Shown here: in pieces, positions 9,401-18,482 of the stretch
How positions within the stretch are numbered: the first letter of the stretch is position 1
How the letters are laid out: each line of letters begins with the position of its first letter
DNA from: a virus
Taxonomy: Duplodnaviria > Caudoviricetes
Reading direction: 5' to 3' (one strand)
IMG/VR virus record: IMGVR_UViG_3300027971_004105
DNA: 64,000 bases
Program-made: the position numbers and the translations under genes
Notes under the pieces: generated by a model
Told to the model about the DNA's origin: nothing
The model's database searches: none
What the model saw: only the letters and a program-made list of their open reading frames with translations

Positions 9401-12400
9401 TGGACAGAGTTGGACTGCTGCTGCTCTACCCAGCGGCGCCAACTGGAGCAAAGTGGCCTATGGTGACGGTGTATTTGTGGCTGTGTCCACAGGTGGCACT
9501 GCTGCTGCCTACAGCACTGATGGTGGAGCCAATTGGTCAGCCAGCACACTGCCCAGCAGCGGCACATGGACCGGCGTAGCCTCAGGTTTGATAGGAACTT
9601 CCACATATTTTGTAGCAGTGGCTTCAGGCGGCACGGTGGCTGCATATTCACCAGACTATGGAGTCAACTGGATTGCCACAGGAGCACTGCCAGCCTCAGC
9701 CACATGGAGTGCTGTGAGTTACGGCAACAACAGGTTTGTGGCCATCAGCTCCGGCAGTACCAATGCAGCATTTTCCACCAATGGAACCACTTGGACACTG
9801 AGCACTCTGCCCAGCAGCACCACATGGAATGAAATAATTTACGGCGATGACGTATTTTTAATCACTGCCACAGGCACCACATCAGCTCTCACTTCATTCA
9901 CTGGTGAAACAGGATCATTCACTGCAAGAACTTTGGCCACTTCATCCACTTGGGATTCTTTGGCTTACACTTATTACACTGGTCAAGGATTTGGAAGATT
10001 TGTGCTCACTGATCAATCAACCACTGCATTGGAAATCAATCTCACTTCAGCCAATCACCAGTTGGGCACAGGACCACACGTGGTATCTTCAGTGCCCAGC
10101 CCAGCTACCATAAGATTTGTGGCCAGAACCACAGGCATCATCAATATCTCCGGCAGTTCTATCACAGGAGTGGTGTATGCCAGACCAGACAGTTTCTTTG
10201 TGCATAGACCATTTGATGGTGGAGTACAGTTGGGCACAGGTAACCCCAGCCATGGTGCACAGGCCATCAGACAGAGCAAGAAATATATCAGATATCAATC
10301 AGGCAAAGGCATCATGTACACCACTGGAGGATTATTTGCTCCCAGTTACAATTTGTCAGGAGCCACAGCATCTGGCACAGCAGTGAACAGTTTGATCACA
10401 TTCACAGCAGATGACACAGATCACGGAGTGCAGGCAGGCTGTGTGATAGAAACCATAGGATTTGTGAGTTTTGAATACAATGGAGAATTCACTGTGGAGA
10501 GTGTGATAGATGCACGCAGTTTCACTGCCAGATCAGCAGTGGTATTGAGCACCACCACAGCACTGTTGGGCACTGAATGCAAAATGCTTATCAAATATTG
10601 GCATGGTTCAACTGTGCGTATAGGTGCATTTGATGAACAGAACGGAATATTCTATCAGTATGATGGCGAAGAGATGGCAGTGGTGCGCAGAAGCAGCACC
10701 AATCAATTGACAGGTACCATTGCTGTGAACACAGACAGCAATCAAATCACTGGCACAGGCACAAGATTTCAAGATCAATTAAAAGTAGGAGATAAGATTG
10801 TAATCAGAGGCATGAGTCATTTGGTGACTCAATTGAATTCTCAAACAGCCATGACAGTGGCTCCAGACTGGCGAGGTGCCAACAGTATTGTGGGAGCCCG
10901 AGTGTGTATCACTGAAGAATTATATGTGCCACAGAGTCAATGGAATTTGGACAAATTGGATGGCACAGGACCCAGCGGATATAATCTACTACCATGGCGC
11001 ATGCAGATGTTGGGCATGCAGTATTCATGGTATGCAGCAGGATTCATTGAATGGATGCTGCGAGGAGCTGACGGAAAATTTGTGTTCTTACACAAGATAA
11101 GAAATTCCAATACCAACACCGAAGCTTACATGCGTACTGCCAACTTGCCTGTGAGATATGAAGTGGAAAATCGTTCAGCATTGAGTGAATTATACTCTGC
11201 AGTGAATTCTTCTCAAACCACCATAGAATTAGTTGATGCTCGTAGATTTCCTGACAATGGTGTAATTTACGTAGGCAATGAATTGATATCATACAATGGA
11301 AAATCAGGCAGATCTTTGACTGGATGTACCCGATCAGCTTCATTTGGTTCATTCACTTCTGGAATCAACAGAGTATACACAGGTGGCACAGCATCATCAT
11401 ATTCCGTGGGCACTGGAGTCACATTGGTCAGTTGCACAGCCACTCCCACTATCAGTCACTGGGGGTCAGCGTTGCTCACTGATGGTTTATTTGATGAAGA
11501 CCGAGGATACATTTTTAACTATGCTGCCACAGGATTGAGTGTGAGCACTGCCAAACAGACTGCCTTTATGATCAGATTGGCTCCATCTGTTTCCAATGCA
11601 TTGGTGGGAGATTTGGGTGAAAGAGATTTATTAAACAGAGCACAATTGTTATTGAATGAAGTGGCAGTGACCACTGACACAGGCTCAGGCACTGTGGTTA
11701 TAGAAGGAGTATTGAATCCAAGAAATTATCCTGCCAATCCATCCAACATCACTTGGACAGGTCTGGCCAGCTCTGCTGCAGGAGGTCAACCAAGTTTTGC
11801 GCAGATAGCACTGGGGGGTTCTATCAACTGGGGAGGTGTGCCACTGACCACCACCACTGCTACCATACAAGGAGCACTGACCACCACTGTGAATGCTAGA
11901 GGATTCTCCACTGTCACACAGAACTTGACAGCCATTGCCAACTCAGGATTTAGAACTCGTTCGTTTCAAACCACCTCCAATGATTTTTATATCACCAACA
12001 CAGCTTATGATGCATTAACCAGTACTCCTTTGAGAGTGGGTGACAGACTGTCAGAGGGTACTTTTGTCACTGCAGGACAGAGTATTTCCAATATTACTCG
12101 TGCATATTTGGGGAGTATATACACCAGAATTGAAATGAGTTCTGCTGCCAACGGCAACAGTACTATTGGTGTCAACGTGACCATCAGTGTGCAGAACAGT
12201 ATCTCAACCAACTATGCCAGCGCCTATGTGAATGGCAGAACAGATTTTTTAATCACTAACGCAGAAGCAACATCTTCCAACATCACAGTGGGTGATGTAT
12301 TGCTGGTCTCCACTTTTGTGATCAGCAGTCAGACAGTGGCCACCATCACCAGTTCATATGCCACGGTCAGCGGAGTAGCTTACACACGCATAGTGATGAG

Positions 12401-12926
12401 CAGTGCAGCCAATGCCACTCAGGCAGTGAACACCGCCACTGCTACCACAGTCACAGCTGCCGGCACAGGAGCAACTTACACAGGTAACTTCATATTCTTC
12501 ACACAGGCCACTTGGAACAACTCGGGCGCTTCCAATGGTACCAGAGTGGCCACTTCATTCACACAATTTCCAGCCAACACTTCTGTGAGTGCTGTGAGCA
12601 ATAGAAGATTGGGCAGCACCACTGTGATCAGAGCCACGTTCACACAGACACTGGCCACTTTGGTGTCAGCTGCAGGCACAGTGACCTTCCAGTTTGGCGA
12701 TCCACAGTTTGCACTGCCAGGTGAACAGGTGTTTTCATTCTTGTTGCAACCAGGAGCATTGGCTGCTTTGAGTTTGAAAGAATTAAAAGAGTTAACCACC
12801 ACTGCCATAGGTGGCAGAGGCACGTTCCCCAATGGTCCAGACGTGTTGGCCATCAATATCTACAAGATATCAGGCTCAGCAGTGAATGGATCTGTTATTT
12901 TGCGATGGGGTGAAGCTCAGGCGTAA
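6486..12926 (+). CDS. Very large virion structural / tail fibre protein (2146 aa)
   Basis: Long Thr/Ser/Gly-rich ORF with internal repeats and a propeller-like region; TAAATA at 6453-6458. Confidence 0.85.
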   Translation: MAKKQLKNFIFEPGIGKDDGLYPNAATLVLANKAFLQQQVVAYINYNIANSIAPYVGYTYASQKCIRDVGYFIDAVTHDLRYGGNVKCRQVADYFWIDGEPQIRGDVTPETTGQAYLRDIINQFILTKTPVTPTYGNTTPQVFTAGISTESDAATANIVLWNIFSTVITNGPSAMPAKVPGVSSIRVIGQIDPASILLITDVDSGNILYSFADPANSISVTYKQGRSSGDGNLLSDLDWPTWWQTSDSITTIDLSADTSTLTVDSNIQFFVEEAAQTIRPWEFGTDAIERMRVAAPQAMLDADFEYGLQPTKWQALGTLRMYPSTYEVPGSDLTVLSCVTDASVNTGFFGSSLITVTTSGVHGFTVGQPISVKGLNSTVSGFARAEGSFLVYSVPSSVSFTYYASARVGTSNEQSLLTSFIQIRQAQFFTGASIGQPSFSVFTNGTTLSIVTALLATTGATSFVYIGSAPTVGSPITGPAEIPVGTSVSGTVGAASVTTNVLLNTLVTDTQISLTNLTGIQTSMALDVGGTASTINTIVGSALSLSNQLGVAYKGRDGVNNAVTGTLTAPVGVGAQFNVTRSAGVYTLVQTPGASPTPFNYQKGDRLKILGTSLGGATPANDVNILITAAGTGGDIDSFTFTGTSILGGATYLNIGHTGYTGSTGSGFQINVTRTGGTGTYSISSVAAGTGYVVTEQVTFAGTLFGGTSPANDIVLEIASVTGTGDVLTFTPVGSPVGSSGDVTYSGTPAPNVSHLGNGAEFNITRSNGAYSVTLNNAGTLYEEGNTVAVSGTTLNGATPTNDATIEITGVTGGVIDTITISGVGYAGDSITVYPTVSISEPITGNIAAGTALNVGAIATVQVDFQAPHGLVPGTTILSQVTSQPAPELASTARTITGSGTWSVAALGGTFVAVRSGATATQRSTNGQTWAAGGALDSTASWISVAAGRVSGVDYFVVIASGSTSAAWSVNSGQSWTAAALPSGANWSKVAYGDGVFVAVSTGGTAAAYSTDGGANWSASTLPSSGTWTGVASGLIGTSTYFVAVASGGTVAAYSPDYGVNWIATGALPASATWSAVSYGNNRFVAISSGSTNAAFSTNGTTWTLSTLPSSTTWNEIIYGDDVFLITATGTTSALTSFTGETGSFTARTLATSSTWDSLAYTYYTGQGFGRFVLTDQSTTALEINLTSANHQLGTGPHVVSSVPSPATIRFVARTTGIINISGSSITGVVYARPDSFFVHRPFDGGVQLGTGNPSHGAQAIRQSKKYIRYQSGKGIMYTTGGLFAPSYNLSGATASGTAVNSLITFTADDTDHGVQAGCVIETIGFVSFEYNGEFTVESVIDARSFTARSAVVLSTTTALLGTECKMLIKYWHGSTVRIGAFDEQNGIFYQYDGEEMAVVRRSSTNQLTGTIAVNTDSNQITGTGTRFQDQLKVGDKIVIRGMSHLVTQLNSQTAMTVAPDWRGANSIVGARVCITEELYVPQSQWNLDKLDGTGPSGYNLLPWRMQMLGMQYSWYAAGFIEWMLRGADGKFVFLHKIRNSNTNTEAYMRTANLPVRYEVENRSALSELYSAVNSSQTTIELVDARRFPDNGVIYVGNELISYNGKSGRSLTGCTRSASFGSFTSGINRVYTGGTASSYSVGTGVTLVSCTATPTISHWGSALLTDGLFDEDRGYIFNYAATGLSVSTAKQTAFMIRLAPSVSNALVGDLGERDLLNRAQLLLNEVAVTTDTGSGTVVIEGVLNPRNYPANPSNITWTGLASSAAGGQPSFAQIALGGSINWGGVPLTTTTATIQGALTTTVNARGFSTVTQNLTAIANSGFRTRSFQTTSNDFYITNTAYDALTSTPLRVGDRLSEGTFVTAGQSISNITRAYLGSIYTRIEMSSAANGNSTIGVNVTISVQNSISTNYASAYVNGRTDFLITNAEATSSNITVGDVLLVSTFVISSQTVATITSSYATVSGVAYTRIVMSSAANATQAVNTATATTVTAAGTGATYTGNFIFFTQATWNNSGASNGTRVATSFTQFPANTSVSAVSNRRLGSTTVIRATFTQTLATLVSAAGTVTFQFGDPQFALPGEQVFSFLLQPGALAALSLKELKELTTTAIGGRGTFPNGPDVLAINIYKISGSAVNGSVILRWGEAQA
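8200..8960 (+). repeat. Three ~90-aa coding repeats with GGATPAND-like core
   Basis: Cores at 8328 (GGATPAND), 8601 (GGTSPAND), 8871 (NGATPTND); spacing 273 and 270 nt; outer boundaries approximate. Confidence 0.75.
9170..10000 (+). repeat. Seven ~40-46 aa W-containing repeats (BNR/beta-propeller-like)
   Basis: LPS..TW..VA.G...FVAV....T.AAYS.DG..W pattern recurs seven times; boundaries approximate. Confidence 0.7.
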
Positions 12927-13299
12927 CAGTTTTTTGACTGTCACCAGGCACTATTCTATAATTGTCTTCCACGCTGTCTGCAGTGGAAACTTCTGTGATT
13001 GAACTGTTGTCCAACACAGCTTCCAATTGATGAGGTTGTAGAGGAGGATTGTGCCAAGTTTGACCTTCGCTTAATTCCTTCTGATATATTTTAGCATCCT
13101 TGGTGTCTATCCAACGCACTAAAAATTTTCCAGAATTCACAAACCAAGTTTCCTCTTTGTGTTTGTGAAAATGCAGTGAACACTTGTTGCCTGCTTTGGT
13201 AAACACTAAAATTTTTCCACAGTAATTGTCATTGGTGGCCCATATTAATTCATAACCCCAACCTTTGTCTATTTTGCCTTCTTGTCTATTCACGGTCAT
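12895..13299 (-). CDS. Cupin-fold protein (sugar isomerase-like)
   Basis: KGWG.E, CSLHFH..KEETW and HQLEA cupin metal motifs; last gene of the heptose operon. Confidence 0.8.
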   Translation of the reverse strand: MTVNRQEGKIDKGWGYELIWATNDNYCGKILVFTKAGNKCSLHFHKHKEETWFVNSGKFLVRWIDTKDAKIYQKELSEGQTWHNPPLQPHQLEAVLDNSSITEVSTADSVEDNYRIVPGDSQKTVTPELHPIAK

Positions 13300-14113
13300 T
13301 GCGAATATATTCCTCTATGGTTTTGTATTGGATGTTCACATGAGTATTTAAAAGAGTTGTGTCAGCACAGGTATAAGTTTGATACTGTGCTTTTAATTGT
13401 GTTGGCATGGGCACTAATTCTATACGAGCATTGTATTTTTTGGCAATTATTTCTGCTACTTCAGCAAAACTTGTGGGTGTTCCTGTGCCCACATTAAAAA
13501 TACCACTCACATCTTTGGTCAACATTTGTTCATGCACATCACAAACATCATCCACGCACACAAAATCTCTCAGATATTTTTCACTATTTTCAAAAAGTTT
13601 AATTACTCCTGCTTGTTGAGCTTGTTGAATAAATTTTGAAATGGGCGATGCTTGGTTGCCTTTGTGTTCTTCATGTGCTCCATACACATTAAAATATCTA
13701 AATCCTTGCACTGATATGTTGTATTCACTGTAAGGAACAGATTTAATCATTCTATCAAACAAAAATTTACTCCAAGCATAAGCACTCAATGGAGACATGG
13801 CAGCATCTTCTTTGAAATTTTTTGTTAGACCATACACACTGGCTGAGCTGGCGTATTGAAAATTAATACCCATCATATCACACAGGTACAATAATTTACA
13901 ACTGAAATCAAAATTTTGAATCATTATTTTTTCCACATCTGTTTCTGTGGTGCTGCTGATAGCACCCAAGTGTATCACTTGATCGTGTTTGGTTACATCT
14001 GGCATCACATCAGGAATATAATCATATCCTTCCACTGTGTGTCCTTTGTTCACAAGATGTTTGAATAGATTTTGACCGATAAATCCTTTGTGTCCTGTGA
14101 TTAATATTCTCAT
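13286..14113 (-). CDS. hldD: ADP-L-glycero-D-manno-heptose 6-epimerase
   Basis: TGHKGFIG, HLGAISSTTE, YASSASVYG, YAWSK (YxxxK), FRYFNVYG, RDFVCVDDV; adjacent to hldE. Confidence 0.88.
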   Translation of the reverse strand: MRILITGHKGFIGQNLFKHLVNKGHTVEGYDYIPDVMPDVTKHDQVIHLGAISSTTETDVEKIMIQNFDFSCKLLYLCDMMGINFQYASSASVYGLTKNFKEDAAMSPLSAYAWSKFLFDRMIKSVPYSEYNISVQGFRYFNVYGAHEEHKGNQASPISKFIQQAQQAGVIKLFENSEKYLRDFVCVDDVCDVHEQMLTKDVSGIFNVGTGTPTSFAEVAEIIAKKYNARIELVPMPTQLKAQYQTYTCADTTLLNTHVNIQYKTIEEYIRNDRE

Positions 14114-15360
14114 GATTGTAATCTATCTATAATTTTTGTGGTGGAAAATCCTTCCACGGTGGGAAATATAATCACTCGTGCCAACTCATTGCCTACTGTG
14201 GTGGACACTGTGTAATCTCCACCTTTGACAATAATGTCTGGTTTAATTTCTTCTATGATTCTTTGTGGAGTATCTTCTGTGAATAGCACTACTTCGTCCA
14301 CCCAAGGCAACATTTCCAATTGACGTTTTCTTGTGGCATAATCATTCACTGGTCTGCCTTCACCTTTTAATCTACGCACACTGGCATCATCGTTGATGCC
14401 TACTATTAACTTTTTACCTTGATTCCTAGCAAACTTTAATAATTCCAAATGTCCTGTGTGTAATATATCAAACACTCCATTGGTCCATACTGTGCCTTTG
14501 TTCAAATCTTCTTTGGTGACAGGCACAACACCAAACTTTTCCACATTTCTTGCTGCAGCATAGCATGCCAATTCACAAGCACGTGGCACAGTCATGCCTT
14601 GTTTGATACCATATGCTATCACGGCCAACACAGTATCACCTGCTCCGGTGACATCTGCCACTTCTCTCACGGGTTCTTTCACATGTGAGTACGATCCTTC
14701 TTTGGAAATGATATGAATACCTTTAGCTCCATCAGTGATTATAAGCCATGTCCAACTGTGTGTTTGAGCAAATTTCACAGCTGAATCCACATCAAAAGTG
14801 CCATTCCATGATTCATATTCTTTCATGTTGGGCTTAACTAAAAATGCTCCATCATAATAATCAGCAGATTGTTTGGGATCTACCAACACCCATTGAGTTT
14901 TTTCTAAAATGTTTTTTACTGTGTGAGATTTAATAACTCCTTTGGCATAATCACTGATTAATACCATACTTTTTTCTGTGAGAGAAAATAACAGTTGAGA
15001 TAAACAACTATCTTTGATGTATTGTTTTTCTCTATCCCAACGCAGTATGTGTTGCCCTCTTTGTTCAACCAATCTTATTTTTGTTGTGGTAATAGGAGCA
15101 TCTTCTGCTATGGATAAAAATACATTGCTGTTTTTTAATAAGTTTACTAAACTGTAACCGTCTGTGTCTTTGCCCACTGCTCCATACAATTGTACATCAT
15201 TGTGAATGGCAGCCATATTCACTGCTAAATTAGCAGCACCACCTGGAGAAACTTTTTGATTTTGTTCTAATAAAATAGGAATGGGTGCTTCAGGTGACAT
15301 GCGATCAGCAGTGCCCACGATCCAACGATCCAGCATGATATCACCAAGTATTTTGATCAT
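14110..15360 (-). CDS. hldE: Bifunctional heptose-7-phosphate kinase / heptose-1-phosphate adenylyltransferase
   Basis: RMSPEAPIP, GGAANLA, DVTGAGDTV (PfkB kinase) plus TNGVFDILHTGHLE, KGEGRPVN, VKGGDY, STTKII (nucleotidyltransferase). Confidence 0.92.
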   Translation of the reverse strand: MIKILGDIMLDRWIVGTADRMSPEAPIPILLEQNQKVSPGGAANLAVNMAAIHNDVQLYGAVGKDTDGYSLVNLLKNSNVFLSIAEDAPITTTKIRLVEQRGQHILRWDREKQYIKDSCLSQLLFSLTEKSMVLISDYAKGVIKSHTVKNILEKTQWVLVDPKQSADYYDGAFLVKPNMKEYESWNGTFDVDSAVKFAQTHSWTWLIITDGAKGIHIISKEGSYSHVKEPVREVADVTGAGDTVLAVIAYGIKQGMTVPRACELACYAAARNVEKFGVVPVTKEDLNKGTVWTNGVFDILHTGHLELLKFARNQGKKLIVGINDDASVRRLKGEGRPVNDYATRKRQLEMLPWVDEVVLFTEDTPQRIIEEIKPDIIVKGGDYTVSTTVGNELARVIIFPTVEGFSTTKIIDRLQS

Positions 15361-15794
15361 TATAGAAATTTTAACATCTTAAAAACTGTTTCCAGTTTTA
15401 TTTGATTATTTTTGTTTTGTAATGTATTTCTCAATCCTTGATGTAAAGGTTTGGGCCATTTGCCAAATATTACCCAAGCGTAGCCATCGTGTTCTTCATT
15501 TAATTTAGGGATAAACTCATTTTTTACCACACACAGATAGGTATGATATAAAAAGTTTTCATCATTGCTCACAAACGTTTCTAAAGGTATAGTTTTGGTA
15601 ATATTTACAGAACCAATTTCTTCACTGATTTCTCTTTTGAGCGATTCCCAAGGTGTTTCGCTTGCAATATTCTTGCCGCCCACTAATCCCCACACGTTGG
15701 ATTGTTTGCTTTGAGTTCTGTGTAAAAACAAAAATCTTTTGGTGTCTAGATTATAGAACAAGGCTCCGCAGCCAATTATTTTCTTATTGGTCAT
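15360..15794 (-). CDS. Nudix hydrolase
   Basis: Exact Nudix box GKNIASE-TPWESLK-REISEEIG. Confidence 0.9.
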   Translation of the reverse strand: MTNKKIIGCGALFYNLDTKRFLFLHRTQSKQSNVWGLVGGKNIASETPWESLKREISEEIGSVNITKTIPLETFVSNDENFLYHTYLCVVKNEFIPKLNEEHDGYAWVIFGKWPKPLHQGLRNTLQNKNNQIKLETVFKMLKFL

Positions 15795-15807
15795 ACTGAT
15801 AATTATG

Positions 15808-17268
15808 CTATAGACTTAGGTTCCAGGTTCCTTTGCGATATTCACCTTCAAAGCTCAATAACCATGCTGTGCCATCCCATTTGTACTGCACACCTGTGTT
15901 TAGATTGGTGATGTAGGTAAATTCAACTGCTGAATCCACAGTGTTAGCATTGGCACTGGCATCAAATAATATGTTCCATTGAGTGCCATTCCATTCTATG
16001 ATGTCATTGGATTGAGCCACAAAATCACTACTGTTGGAATTCTTCCATGCATCGGCTCCGTCCACATTACTGTTTGATCCTATGTCATTTAAAATTAATA
16101 ATCGTAATCCAGAAATTTTTGTTGCTGTGGGATTGAATGTGAGTGGATCTATGATGTAATCCACAGTGCCTCTGTTGGTTACTCCATTGATAATTGTATT
16201 GGTTGGAATAGTATCAGTGTCCCAATTCACTATCAATTGATTTTCATTCAAACTGTTGAGAGCAAACGTTCCTGAAATTGTGGAATCCATATCAGAACGT
16301 TCCAAAAGTATTCTACTGATGCCTGCTTGATAAATTCCTGGATATGCATCCAACACTTTTCTCCAATTGGTTACGCCCACAACTCCTTTGTCCACTATTT
16401 GAACTATGCTGTTCATTACCACAATATCCCAATCACTGATAGTGGTTGCTGTCACAGAATCAGCATCTGTTCTTACCACTTTGCTGGTATCTTGAGTGCC
16501 ATCAGCTGTGGTATTGATATCTGATCTAGCAGTGTCGGTGGGATCATCTGAATATGCTTTGAGTTCAGGCATGCTCATGCCCAAATCAATATTACCTGTT
16601 TGTTCGTTAAAAATACTGGTGATAATTTTTGTAATTACTCCTAATTTTTTTACTTTGGTTGGTGCACTGATATAGATTGGAGTGGTAAATTGCAGTGTGG
16701 CAATGTCTATTTCACTTTCAGTGCCTGTGGGAATTCCTCTGGAACTAAAAGTTATTCCATTAAGATCTAACACAGTTAAACTGGTCCAATCAATGTAATT
16801 GTCAGTGGTTTGAATTTCTAAACTGGGATTGAATAACATCAATATTTGTTCTAATATTTGTAATTTTTGATCTGTATTGGTTGACCAAATGTCCACACTC
16901 ACACCCAAGGTGTAAGGAGTAGGCATTAATCTTTCCACAGTAAAATTGGCTCCTTGAATATTCAAATACTCCTCGTTATTTTCATCAAATGCTCTTTCTC
17001 TCACATGTATTTTACTTACAAATGTAGCATCAGCTGTACGGGTACGATCCATTTCCAATGAAGTCACGTATACTGCCATTCTAGGAGCACTGGGAATTTT
17101 ATTTTCACTGTTGTCTCTAATGATATGTGCCACTTGTCTAGTGATATCGCCATACATCACTGGTATGGTCTTCAATTGACCTTTGCCATCTTTATAAGAA
17201 AAATTACTCATTAATCTCACAATCTGAGTAATATATCTGCGTATTTGTCCGTCGTAAAAAAATTCCAT
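15808..17268 (-). CDS. T4 gp15-like tail terminator / sheath stabiliser with C-terminal extension
   Basis: N-terminal FFYDGQIRRY, IPVMYGD, PRMA, MPTPY.L, QILEQIL..FNP typical of gp15 homologs; next to neck genes. Confidence 0.7.
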   Translation of the reverse strand: MEFFYDGQIRRYITQIVRLMSNFSYKDGKGQLKTIPVMYGDITRQVAHIIRDNSENKIPSAPRMAVYVTSLEMDRTRTADATFVSKIHVRERAFDENNEEYLNIQGANFTVERLMPTPYTLGVSVDIWSTNTDQKLQILEQILMLFNPSLEIQTTDNYIDWTSLTVLDLNGITFSSRGIPTGTESEIDIATLQFTTPIYISAPTKVKKLGVITKIITSIFNEQTGNIDLGMSMPELKAYSDDPTDTARSDINTTADGTQDTSKVVRTDADSVTATTISDWDIVVMNSIVQIVDKGVVGVTNWRKVLDAYPGIYQAGISRILLERSDMDSTISGTFALNSLNENQLIVNWDTDTIPTNTIINGVTNRGTVDYIIDPLTFNPTATKISGLRLLILNDIGSNSNVDGADAWKNSNSSDFVAQSNDIIEWNGTQWNILFDASANANTVDSAVEFTYITNLNTGVQYKWDGTAWLLSFEGEYRKGTWNLSL

Positions 17269-17270
17269 GT

Positions 17271-18428
17271 TTAATTGTCCGCTTTGGGTTTAAGTGCTTG
17301 TGATAAACTTTGTCTTTGTGGGACAGTTTGACCTGCTACTGTGGTTGTGTTGGTGTTGTTGATAAATCCTGTTTTTTGTGTGTTTCTGGTGTCAGTGTTG
17401 GTCAACGTCATACGCACAGCATCTTCCATTTTGATCCAACGTGTGCTGTCGTATCTAAATAATCTATTGGGTAAAAAATCTGTTCTTAAAAAATAATCAC
17501 CTTTGGCAGCACCCAAAGGAAATCCTATGCCGTGACCAAACACTTCACCGTTGGGCGCAAATCCATCTCCCAATAGATAACCGTCATAACCATTTCTGTC
17601 TGGTGTTTGATTGATTCTATCTGCCATTTCATTGGCAGTGCTGGCATCCAATGTGTTGATATCTGTGGTGACCAATTCAGGCTTGCCTTGTTCATCCACT
17701 TGCAAAGTGAATAAATTTTTAGTATTGTATCCACTCTTGTTTGAGTCTGCTTCTGCTTGTGCCACAACAGCATTGTTAATTTGCATTTCTTTTTCATATG
17801 TGCTCAACACATCTCGTAGAGTGTTTTCACTGCCTTCTTCAGCAGGTAAATCCAGTATTTCTTTGAATTCTTGGCTGTCTACTATTTGTTTAAGTTTTAA
17901 TCTATATAAATGAGGATACCAAGTGGGTGAAAATCCTTCTGCTGCTCTGTTTATATCCTGTATCACATAAAATCTTTTCAATGCCACTTTGTAATCATTC
18001 AGTGCGTATTGGTCTTTTAAATGTGGTAATTCTATCACATCTCCTGACATTAATTTTCTACCAATGGTTTTGACTGAACTGTTGATATGCACAGTTAAAA
18101 ATATTGTATCATTTTGCAGAAATAATCCAAATTGACTCATGTCAAAGTCAATGTCACTCACGTTGTAAATGCCTCTGATCTGATAGATGTTGGGATCGTA
18201 TTTTCTATCTCTATTTTCTAAAAATAATAGGTCTTGAATATTGGTTTCTTTCACAGCATTGTATCTGGGCTGTGTGGCTGTGGCATCTTCTTCATCAGGA
18301 TTCACAGGTCCAAGGTATTTGTGTACAAACACATCAGTGCCGCCCACTGTGAACATTTCTGCGATTGTTTGATCTAAAAATGTGTAATCTTCGCCCTTTT
18401 CTGGCTTGTATAAACTGATTCTTGGCAT
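17271..18428 (-). CDS. T4 gp14-like neck / head-closure protein
   Basis: Position between gp13- and gp15-like genes; FGLFLQND.IF, GDVIELP patterns. Confidence 0.6.
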   Translation of the reverse strand: MPRISLYKPEKGEDYTFLDQTIAEMFTVGGTDVFVHKYLGPVNPDEEDATATQPRYNAVKETNIQDLLFLENRDRKYDPNIYQIRGIYNVSDIDFDMSQFGLFLQNDTIFLTVHINSSVKTIGRKLMSGDVIELPHLKDQYALNDYKVALKRFYVIQDINRAAEGFSPTWYPHLYRLKLKQIVDSQEFKEILDLPAEEGSENTLRDVLSTYEKEMQINNAVVAQAEADSNKSGYNTKNLFTLQVDEQGKPELVTTDINTLDASTANEMADRINQTPDRNGYDGYLLGDGFAPNGEVFGHGIGFPLGAAKGDYFLRTDFLPNRLFRYDSTRWIKMEDAVRMTLTNTDTRNTQKTGFINNTNTTTVAGQTVPQRQSLSQALKPKADN

Positions 18429-18433
18429 GTGTA

Positions 18434-18464
18434 TATTTATTCATGCTGTGTCTGGTGCTAAATA
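18434..18464. promoter_or_regulatory. Divergent pair of TAAATA late motifs (minus 18434-18439, plus 18459-18464)
   Basis: Both lie in the short intergenic gap between divergent neck genes. Confidence 0.6.
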
Positions 18465-18482
18465 TGTTATAGGAACCTATTG

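Noticed and set aside
6486-12926. Diversity-generating retroelement target in the fibre
   Set aside because: No reverse transcriptase and no near-identical TR/VR pair differing at adenines were seen; the repeats are diverged protein-level repeats
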